Below are positions 1-9,237 of a DNA stretch of 64,000 nt, piece after piece; within the stretch, counting starts at the first letter, position 1; each line of letters starts with the position of its first letter. The stretch is from positions 1,208-65,207 of the forward strand of contig DATIUW010000324.1 of the NCBI GenBank assembly GCA_035466435.1, in the 5' to 3' direction. Source of the stretch: Polyangiales bacterium. Lineage in GTDB: Bacteria > Myxococcota_A > Polyangia > Polyangiales > Houyiibacteriaceae. The position numbers and the translations under genes are program-made. The notes beneath the pieces are model-generated. The model was not told the DNA's origin and did no database searches. It saw nothing but the letters and a program-made list of their open reading frames with translations.

Positions 1-1
1 G

Positions 2-499
2 GAATTCCTCCGCTCGTTGCCGGCGCTGCTCTGGACCGCCCGGGTCGTGCTGCTCTTCGCAGTCGGAGCGCACATTGCCTCGGCATACTCGTTGTGGTCC
101 CGCAATCGCAAGGCGCGGAGCTCCCACTACAAGAACCGCAAGGACCTGGCCACCGATTATGCCGCCCGTACGATGTACTGGTCAGGACCCATTCTTCTCC
201 TCTACATCATCTACCATCTCTTGCACCTCACCATTCTTCCTGCGCATCCGGGCGACGTGTACCGCAACGTCGTCGAGGGCTTTCAGAATCCTCTGATTTC
301 CGGCGTCTACATCGTGGGCAACCTCGCTCTCGGGTTTCACATCTTTCACGGGATCTTCAGCGCCTTCCAAACACTGGGAATCAACCACCCCCGCTTCAAC
401 GCATATCGCCGCGATCTGGCGATCGCCATCTGCGCAGTGATCACGATCGGGAACCTGTCGTTCCCCATCTCGGTGCTCGCTGGCCTCGTCACACTCTGA
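2..499 (+). CDS. sdhC: Succinate dehydrogenase/fumarate reductase cytochrome b subunit (b558 type), 5'-truncated by the window edge
   Basis: The frame is open from the window start to the stop at 497-499. The product has hydrophobic helices with conserved His ('GAHIASAY', 'GFHIFHGI') and lies directly upstream of sdhA-sdhB. Confidence 0.8.
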   Translation, partial: EFLRSLPALLWTARVVLLFAVGAHIASAYSLWSRNRKARSSHYKNRKDLATDYAARTMYWSGPILLLYIIYHLLHLTILPAHPGDVYRNVVEGFQNPLISGVYIVGNLALGFHIFHGIFSAFQTLGINHPRFNAYRRDLAIAICAVITIGNLSFPISVLAGLVTL

Positions 500-507
500 G
501 GGTCGAC

Positions 508-2439
<1,932 letters not shown>

Positions 2440-2450
2440 GGGGTGCATCG

Positions 2451-3245
2451 ATGAGCGAACGACTACTCAACCTCACCCTTCACGTATGGCGGCAGGACGG
2501 CCCGGACGGTGCCGGTCGTTTCGAGACGTACCAGGCCAAAGACATCACGACGCACATGTCGTTTCTCGAGATGCTGGACGTCATCAACGAGGAGCTAATC
2601 GAGCAAGGCAAGACGCCGATTGCGTTCGACCACGACTGCCGCGAAGGCATCTGCGGAAGCTGCGGCTTCATGATCAACGGGGTCGCGCATGGACCTCAAC
2701 GACGTACGACGGCTTGCCAAGTTCACATGCGCCAGTTCGAAGACGGCGACGAGCTGTGGGTAGAGCCATGGCGGGCCCGAGGATTCCCCGTCGTCAAAGA
2801 CCTGATCGTCGACCGATCGGCATTCGATCGCATCATTCAGGCCGGTGGATACGTATCGATTCGCACGGGAAGCGCTCCCGAGGCCAATGAGATTCCGATC
2901 TCCAAGCACACGGCCGACAAGGCGATGGACGCAGCCGAATGCATAGGCTGCGGGGCCTGCGTCGCGGCTTGCCCGAACGCTTCGGCGAGCCTTTTCACCG
3001 CGGCGAAGATATCGCATTTGGCCTTGCTTCCCCAGGGGCAAGCGGAACGGCAAGACCGCGCTCGAAAGATGGTCGCCCAGATGGACGCAGAAGGCTTTGG
3101 AAACTGCACCAACCATGGCGAGTGTGAAGCGGTCTGCCCGAAGGGCATCAGTCTCGATTGGATCGCGCGCATGAACCGAGAGCTCGTACGCGCGTCGCTC
3201 AAGTCGGACGCACCGACGGAGAAGTCCCCTGCTAGGGGTGCTTGA
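2451..3245 (+). CDS. sdhB: Succinate dehydrogenase iron-sulfur subunit
   Basis: ATG at 2451 ('[10 protein letters not shown]'). Cys clusters '[10 protein letters not shown]', '[12 protein letters not shown]' and '[12 protein letters not shown]' are present. Confidence 0.95.
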   Translation: MSERLLNLTLHVWRQDGPDGAGRFETYQAKDITTHMSFLEMLDVINEELIEQGKTPIAFDHDCREGICGSCGFMINGVAHGPQRRTTACQVHMRQFEDGDELWVEPWRARGFPVVKDLIVDRSAFDRIIQAGGYVSIRTGSAPEANEIPISKHTADKAMDAAECIGCGACVAACPNASASLFTAAKISHLALLPQGQAERQDRARKMVAQMDAEGFGNCTNHGECEAVCPKGISLDWIARMNRELVRASLKSDAPTEKSPARGA

Positions 3246-3843
3246 GGTCGTAAAAGAAGCGGGCGATTACACCGACGACGACGACTCCGACCAAGATGAA
3301 CGTCGCGACCGTGTAGCGTTCGGCGAGCTCGCGCAACACTTCCCAGTTGCTTCCGACCGCGTAGCCGATCGCCATCAACAACGCATTCCACACCGCCGCG
3401 GAGAGACCGCCGAAGACGATCACCGTGACGACGTTCATTCTGGACAACCCTGCCCCGACGAAAAAGAAAGCTCGAAGGGCGGGAAGGAAACGGTTGACGG
3501 CAAGGTACATGGGACCGTGCCTCTCGTAGCCACGACGCACTGCGTCGAGCGCGCGCACTGCGCCCGGCCTTCTCAAAAAAGAAGGCCAGCTCTGTTCGTG
3601 ATTGGCGAGCCATAGACCCAAGGCCCACGCCAAGATGCCTCCGGTGAGCGCACCGACGGTGAGTCCCAGATATACCAAAGCCCAATGCAATTGGGCGCGC
3701 AGCGCCAACACGATGGCGAACAGCGCAACCGTGTCTCCCGGAATGGGCGGAAAAACGTACTCGATCGCAGCAGCGCCAACGACGAGCACGTAAGCCCAAT
3801 GGTGCGGGCCGTGCTCCAAGGTGTGCAGAAATTCGTCAAGCAT
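3232..3843 (-). CDS. DedA/SNARE-associated family membrane protein
   Basis: Internal ATG at 3843 ('MLDEFLH'). The DedA signature '[12 protein letters not shown]' and multiple TM helices are present. Upstream codons of the track ORF have low coding quality. Confidence 0.8.
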   Translation of the reverse strand: MLDEFLHTLEHGPHHWAYVLVVGAAAIEYVFPPIPGDTVALFAIVLALRAQLHWALVYLGLTVGALTGGILAWALGLWLANHEQSWPSFLRRPGAVRALDAVRRGYERHGPMYLAVNRFLPALRAFFFVGAGLSRMNVVTVIVFGGLSAAVWNALLMAIGYAVGSNWEVLRELAERYTVATFILVGVVVVGVIARFFYDLKHP

Positions 3844-3943
3844 CTGAACAACACATACGCTTGCGTCACGCTCGGTGTAGCACAGTGCGCGGCTCGACAT
3901 CAGCTTTCGATGGGTCAATCTACGTGATCGCAGGGTCAGAATC

Positions 3944-4762
3944 GTGAAGCGCGGAGATTCCTTGGTGTCGATACTGCAACGCCCGAACGTTCGGGTGGAG
4001 GACGTCGCCATCCTGCTCGCCAAGGAAGCCAACCCCCTTCTCGACGAGCATGCGCTCAGGCGCGCGCTCGATGGTCTCGGAGCAGAGGCGCTCATCCGCC
4101 GCGGGCTTCGATCGACGGCAGAGCGCGACGGACGAATCCTCGCCGAGCTTCTCTACGACGAGCTCGGTTTCGATGGAGAGCGCGACGACTACTTCAATCC
4201 CGACAACAGCTATCTCGACAAGGTGCTGCTTCGGCGAAGAGGTATTCCGATTTCCCTTTCCGTTCTGACCATGGCGATTGGCGAGCGCGCCGGCATGGAG
4301 ATCGAAGGCGTCGGCTTTCCCGGCCACTTCCTGGTTCGCGTCGGCGGCCCCGATGGTGTGTACCAAGACCCCTTCAATGGTGGCGACCTCCTCGACGGTC
4401 ATGGCTTGCGTAAGCTCGCCGCACAGTTTCTCGGCGCCGAGATGGCGCTCCATCCCAGTTACCTCGAGCCAGTGGACTGCCTGACCATCACCATTCGCAT
4501 GCTGGCAAACCTGAAGAATGCGCATCGCCGCCGAGGCGATTACGCACGCGCGATGCTCGCGTGCGATCACTTGGTCGAGCTGACCCAAGCGCCGGAGCAC
4601 CGCCGGGATCGGGGTCTATTGGCCCACGCGCTCCGGACCTACGGCGCGGCCTCGGAGGATTTAGCCGCCTATTTGGAGGCCCGCCCGAACGCAAAAGACG
4701 CACACGTCATCAGCCTGGCCCTAGAAGAGGCGAGGCAGCAGGCTCACCACGTCTTGCACTGA
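3944..4762 (+). CDS. SirB1-like protein (transglutaminase-like core plus TPR-like C-terminus)
   Basis: GTG start. 'YFNPDNSYLDKVLLRRRGIPISLSVL...GFPGHFLVRV' is typical of the SirB1/UPF0162 family. Confidence 0.7.
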   Translation: MKRGDSLVSILQRPNVRVEDVAILLAKEANPLLDEHALRRALDGLGAEALIRRGLRSTAERDGRILAELLYDELGFDGERDDYFNPDNSYLDKVLLRRRGIPISLSVLTMAIGERAGMEIEGVGFPGHFLVRVGGPDGVYQDPFNGGDLLDGHGLRKLAAQFLGAEMALHPSYLEPVDCLTITIRMLANLKNAHRRRGDYARAMLACDHLVELTQAPEHRRDRGLLAHALRTYGAASEDLAAYLEARPNAKDAHVISLALEEARQQAHHVLH

Positions 4763-4827
4763 GGCCTCCGGGCGAGCGCTTTACACTGGGCCGCTGCGTG
4801 CAAAGACTTGCCCGCCGGTAATGCTGC

Positions 4828-5922
4828 ATGTCCATCGAATCTCTCAAATCCCTGTTTCGGCCGGAGCTCGCTGAGCTAGCTCCATACCGAGTGCCGCCGG
4901 CGCCTCCAGCGGTGAAGCTCGACGCCAACGAGAGTCCGTGGCCCTTGCCTCCAGAGGCCCGCGCGAGGCTTGCCGCGCAGCTGCACACGACCGAGTTGCA
5001 CCGTTATCCGGACGGACGAGCGACCAAGCTTCGAGAGGCTCTCGCGTGGGGTCTCGGCGGCACGCCCGACGAGTACGTGCTCGGCGCCGGCTCCGACGAG
5101 CTGATCTCCCTGTTGGCGACGGCCATGTCCAAACCCCGGTCCGGCGCAACCCGCCCGGTCGTGGTGTTCCCCGAGCCGACGTTCGTGATGTACGGCATGA
5201 CGAGCCGAGCGCACGGGTGGGAGCCGGTCGGCGTGCCTCTCGATGACCGCTGGGACCTGGACGCCGCCGCCATGAAGGAAGCGCTCGAACGTCTGCGGCC
5301 GAACGTCGTCTACTACGCGACTCCCAATAATCCAACCGGTAACTGTTTCGCGCGCGAGACGATGGAGATGCTGATCGAGTCTTTCCCGGACACCTTGCAC
5401 GTGATCGACGAAGCCTATGGCGCCTACTCGGAACAGTCTTTCGCTTCGTGGTGTGAGGAGCATGCCCAATGCGCGCTGATGGGAACGCTATCCAAGGTGG
5501 GGTTCGCCGGAATCCGCGTCGGTTGGGTGCGCCTCGAAGAAGCCCTGGCGTACGAGCTCGAAAAGGTGCGCCAGCCTTTCAACCTCAACACGGTCTCACA
5601 AGAAATCGCGACCCTCGCACTCACCGATCTCGCGCCCATGCTCGAAGAGCAAATCACCCTCGTCGTCGCCGAACGCCAACGTCTTCTGGCTCGGCTCGGT
5701 CGCTACCAAGCTTTGGAGTGCTTCCCGAGCGATGCCAACTTCTTGCTCGTGAGGTGTTCCACCAATGCGTCGGAGCTCGCTGACTCACTGCTCGAACGAG
5801 AGGTGGCCGTGCGGCGCTTTGCGAGCGGCGATCCGCGGCTCCTCTCGTGCATCCGGATCACGATTGGGACGCCCGAGGAGAACGACCGCTTGATCGCGGC
5901 GCTCGACGATATACTACAATGA
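4828..5922 (+). CDS. hisC: Histidinol-phosphate aminotransferase
   Basis: Full-length class-II aminotransferase pattern ('KLDANESP', 'YYATPNNPTG', 'GTLSKVGFAGIRVGW'). Confidence 0.9.
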   Translation: MSIESLKSLFRPELAELAPYRVPPAPPAVKLDANESPWPLPPEARARLAAQLHTTELHRYPDGRATKLREALAWGLGGTPDEYVLGAGSDELISLLATAMSKPRSGATRPVVVFPEPTFVMYGMTSRAHGWEPVGVPLDDRWDLDAAAMKEALERLRPNVVYYATPNNPTGNCFARETMEMLIESFPDTLHVIDEAYGAYSEQSFASWCEEHAQCALMGTLSKVGFAGIRVGWVRLEEALAYELEKVRQPFNLNTVSQEIATLALTDLAPMLEEQITLVVAERQRLLARLGRYQALECFPSDANFLLVRCSTNASELADSLLEREVAVRRFASGDPRLLSCIRITIGTPEENDRLIAALDDILQ

Positions 5923-6857
5923 GGATGCCCGTAGCGAGCACATCAGAGGCGAGCCCGGAAGCGGCCATCGAGGCGCTCCGATGGGCGGCGGAGGTGGCAG
6001 CGAACCCCGCTTTGCTCGGCGACCCGCCTCCTCGCCCGAGTCCGGCCGAATGGCGCTCGGTGCCGCTCCCGGTATTCCGTGAGCACATGGATCGGCTGTT
6101 GACGTCGAAGCATCCCGAGCCCGGGCTCGATGCCATCGAGTCGGTCGGCTGCTTGGACGTTTGGATCCCCGAGGTGGCCGCCATGGTCGGCTTCGGCGAC
6201 AACGAATGGCGTCACAAGGACGTCTGGAAGCACACCAAGCAAGTCGTGAAGCAATCCGTTCCGCGTCTCGAGGTTCGCTGGGGCGCCTTGCTGCACGACA
6301 TCGGCAAGCCCAAGACCCGGCGCATCGATGGCCAGGGCAACGTCACCTTCCACGGTCATAGCGAAGTCGGTGCGGCCATGTTCCGTAAACGTGTGGCGGA
6401 TCGTCTGGGCTTCGAAGGGGCGCTGCGCGAGCGGGTCCATTTCCTCATCCTGCATCACTTGCGCGCCGCCCAATACGAAGAGAGCTGGACCGACGCAGCC
6501 GTCCGTCGTTTTTACAAGCAGATGGGCGAAGGGCTTCGAGATCTCCTGGATCTCAGCCGCGCTGACATCACCACCAAGCGTCCCGAAAAGCGGCGGCGAG
6601 GCGTGCACCAGATCAGCTTGCTCGCCAAGCGCATCGCCACGCTGAAAGAGGAGGACAGCAAGGTTGCGCCGTTGCCAAAGGGGCTCGGCACAGCGCTGAT
6701 GGAGGCCTTTGGAATCCCACCTTCGAAGCGCCTCGGAGATTTGATGAAGCAGCTCGAGGCCGGCGTGGAAGCCGGTGAGGTCGACGCGCAAAGGCCCGTG
6801 ACTTACTACGTCGAGCACTTGGCGGCTCATCGAAAACGGTACGGCCTCGAGGACTGA
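5919..6857 (+). CDS. HD-domain protein resembling the neck/body/HD part of CCA-adding/poly(A) polymerase enzymes, without the nucleotidyltransferase head
   Basis: ATG at 5919 overlaps the hisC TGA (ATGA). 'HKDVWKHT' and the HD motif 'LLHDIGKP...FHGHSEVGA' are present. No 'GGxVRD'/DxD head motif is seen in the Pro/Ala-rich N-terminus. Confidence 0.7.
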   Translation: MRMPVASTSEASPEAAIEALRWAAEVAANPALLGDPPPRPSPAEWRSVPLPVFREHMDRLLTSKHPEPGLDAIESVGCLDVWIPEVAAMVGFGDNEWRHKDVWKHTKQVVKQSVPRLEVRWGALLHDIGKPKTRRIDGQGNVTFHGHSEVGAAMFRKRVADRLGFEGALRERVHFLILHHLRAAQYEESWTDAAVRRFYKQMGEGLRDLLDLSRADITTKRPEKRRRGVHQISLLAKRIATLKEEDSKVAPLPKGLGTALMEAFGIPPSKRLGDLMKQLEAGVEAGEVDAQRPVTYYVEHLAAHRKRYGLED

Positions 6858-6866
6858 TTCCTCGCT

Positions 6867-7736
6867 TCAGAACGAGCGCAGCGTCAATCCTTCGGTCGTC
6901 GCGCAGTCCCCCGTGGTTCCGCAATCGGGCGCATCGCCGTTTCGGGTCACGGCGATAGCCACCCCAGCTCCGATCCCGGCCGCCGCAATCACGCCGATCA
7001 TCACCCAGAACCCCGGGCTCTTGACGAAACGCTTGCGGTCATCGCGGTCTTCCTCGATAGGCGCAGGCCCGGAAAGGCCCTCGTCACTCCCGGAGACGGC
7101 GATGCTCGATGGGCTGATGCTCAGCACCGGATCGAGGACTGCCGGCACGGCCTGCGGTTGCAGCTCGATTCGATGAGCCTCTCGGCTTCCGCGTTCCACC
7201 CGAATCTCTCGTCGATGCGACTCGTAGCCCTCGTTCGTCACGCGTATCGAATGCTCGCCTGGATTCAGCACCAGATGTCGCTCGGATCCCGTCAGCATGG
7301 ATGGACGGCCGTCTACGAAAACGACCGCGGTCTCTGGGATGACGGTCAAATGGACTTCGGCGACCGTGCTTTCCAGAAGCGCGCGGAGCGCTCGTCCACG
7401 CTCTCGAGCGGTTTCCGAATCGCGCACCTCCGGCATTCGGTCGTACTCGTCCAGCTCCGCAAGCGCCTCTACCGGTCGATCCAGTCGATACAGCGCGTTG
7501 GCGATGTTGTACGAAGTGCTCGGCCGGGAGACGATTGCTGCGGAACGACGAAACGCGGATAGCGCCTCCGCCCAGCGATCCACTTCCGCCAACCCCAAGC
7601 CCTCTTCGAATAGCTTTCGGGCTTCTTCCTGCTGCGACTGCTGCGCTTCCTGCCCAGTGGCTCGGGCCGCGACCGCGGTGAGAACGACCGCGGCAACCAG
7701 GCACAATCGGAGAACGAGAGCGGTCGAGCTCACCAT
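6867..7736 (-). CDS. Secreted/membrane-anchored TPR-like plus PEGA-domain protein
   Basis: Has a signal peptide ('LRLCLVAAVVLTAVAARA'), a PEGA-like segment ('LTVIPETAVVFVDGRP...HSIRVTNEGYESH') and a C-terminal TM helix ('FWVMIGVIAAAGIGAGVAIAV'). Confidence 0.65.
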   Translation of the reverse strand: MVSSTALVLRLCLVAAVVLTAVAARATGQEAQQSQQEEARKLFEEGLGLAEVDRWAEALSAFRRSAAIVSRPSTSYNIANALYRLDRPVEALAELDEYDRMPEVRDSETARERGRALRALLESTVAEVHLTVIPETAVVFVDGRPSMLTGSERHLVLNPGEHSIRVTNEGYESHRREIRVERGSREAHRIELQPQAVPAVLDPVLSISPSSIAVSGSDEGLSGPAPIEEDRDDRKRFVKSPGFWVMIGVIAAAGIGAGVAIAVTRNGDAPDCGTTGDCATTEGLTLRSF

Positions 7737-9175
7737 TCGGTCACCAGCTCTGGAGGCTTTTCATAGTTGCGACTCGGCGTCGGTTCCTGAGGTTTGGCTC
7801 GGGACGGGGGCGCAGAGGCGGCAGAGGCGGGTTTGATCGGCGCATCGGGCGCGCGCTCGATCGAAGGGCGGCCGGGATCGGGGTTTGCAACCTGCGGGAC
7901 CGCGGGGTCTCGCGTAGCTTCCTCGGCCAATACCGGAGAGTCCGGCTCGGCCGCCGGGGTCTCGCCAGTCGCTGTCATCGGATCGACGTGAAGTGGCGCC
8001 GCCAGCGTTTCCGCCTGGGGCGTCGGAGCGTCGACGACCGCCGGCTCGGCTCGCATCGGCGCTTCCGGCTCCGGCCTGCCGATGGTCCACCAGGCGGCTA
8101 GACCGACCGCCAATGCCAAAGCCAGCCCGCCCACGACGGCCCTTCGGTGCGACGCCAATGGCAGGCTGAGCAGCTCCGAGTCGACCTCAGCCGATCGACC
8201 GTCCGTCCGTCCACGTCCGCTAGGACCCATGCCATGGAGTGTGCGGCGCACGTAACTAGGCCGCGTCTCCGGAGAAGGCCAGGACGAAACTGCCGCGCGT
8301 TTCCCGGACCCCGGCCGCGCCACCAGTCCGCTCTCCTCGATGCGCGCTCGCAACTCCGAAAGGCTCTTGATGCGCCTCTCTGGTGAACGGTGCAGGGCGT
8401 CACGCAAGATCGAGACGTGCGCCTCTGGAACATCGGTGAAGTCGACCGGAGCCTCGCAAACGGCCGTGAGCACCTCCAATGCAGTATCTGCGTCGAACGG
8501 CGGTCGCCCCGTCAAGCACTCGTACCAAACCACGCCAACACCCCACACGTCGGTGTGCGGACCGATGTGCTCGCGATCATCATGAGCCTGTTCTGGAGAC
8601 ATGTATTGTGGCGTCCCCACGATCACGTCGTCTCGCGTCCCCACGCGACGCGGTCGAGTTTCCCGTAAGATCTGAGCAACCCCGAAGTCCAGTAACTTTG
8701 GCGTAGTGACGTCGAATGCATCGACGCTCAAGATGACGTTCTCCGGTTTGAAGTCCCGATGGACGATGCCGAGCTCGTGGGCTTTCTCCAGCGCGTCGAT
8801 GAGCGGCATGAGAATGGCGAGAGTGTCTTCGGACGAAAGCCGCCCCTGCTCGAGAAGCACGTCTCGAAGCGTCGGGCCGTCGAGGAGCTCCATCACCAAG
8901 TACGTCGTATGGGCATCGTCCTCGCCCATGTCCAGGACATCGACGACGTTTGGATGATCGAGCTGAACCGTCGTGCGAGCCTCCCTCAAGAAAGCATCGC
9001 GAAGTTGATCGAAATGCGGAAGGCTCGGATCCAGAACCTTCACGGCCACCTCCCGCTCGGTCCAGAGGTGGGTGGCGCGATAGACCGTGCCCACTCCACC
9101 CGACCCGATCACGGGCCCGAGGCGGTACTTGCCTCCGACCAGCGCGTCTTGAAACGGTAGCAACTGTGCAGGCAT
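7730..9175 (-). CDS. Eukaryote-like Ser/Thr protein kinase with TM segment and Pro-rich C-terminal tail
   Basis: Hanks kinase motifs are present: 'GSGGVGTVY', 'VAVK', 'HRDFKPEN', 'DFG', 'GTPQYMSPE'. A TM helix 'VVGGLALALAVGLAAWW' follows. The 3' end overlaps the start of the next gene by 7 nt. Confidence 0.9.
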   Translation of the reverse strand: MPAQLLPFQDALVGGKYRLGPVIGSGGVGTVYRATHLWTEREVAVKVLDPSLPHFDQLRDAFLREARTTVQLDHPNVVDVLDMGEDDAHTTYLVMELLDGPTLRDVLLEQGRLSSEDTLAILMPLIDALEKAHELGIVHRDFKPENVILSVDAFDVTTPKLLDFGVAQILRETRPRRVGTRDDVIVGTPQYMSPEQAHDDREHIGPHTDVWGVGVVWYECLTGRPPFDADTALEVLTAVCEAPVDFTDVPEAHVSILRDALHRSPERRIKSLSELRARIEESGLVARPGSGKRAAVSSWPSPETRPSYVRRTLHGMGPSGRGRTDGRSAEVDSELLSLPLASHRRAVVGGLALALAVGLAAWWTIGRPEPEAPMRAEPAVVDAPTPQAETLAAPLHVDPMTATGETPAAEPDSPVLAEEATRDPAVPQVANPDPGRPSIERAPDAPIKPASAASAPPSRAKPQEPTPSRNYEKPPELVTEW

Positions 9176-9237
9176 GGACGAGCTTCGTCGTTCTATGGCG
9201 CCGGTCGCGCCCGGCGTGGAAGGGGGAAAGATGAAGA

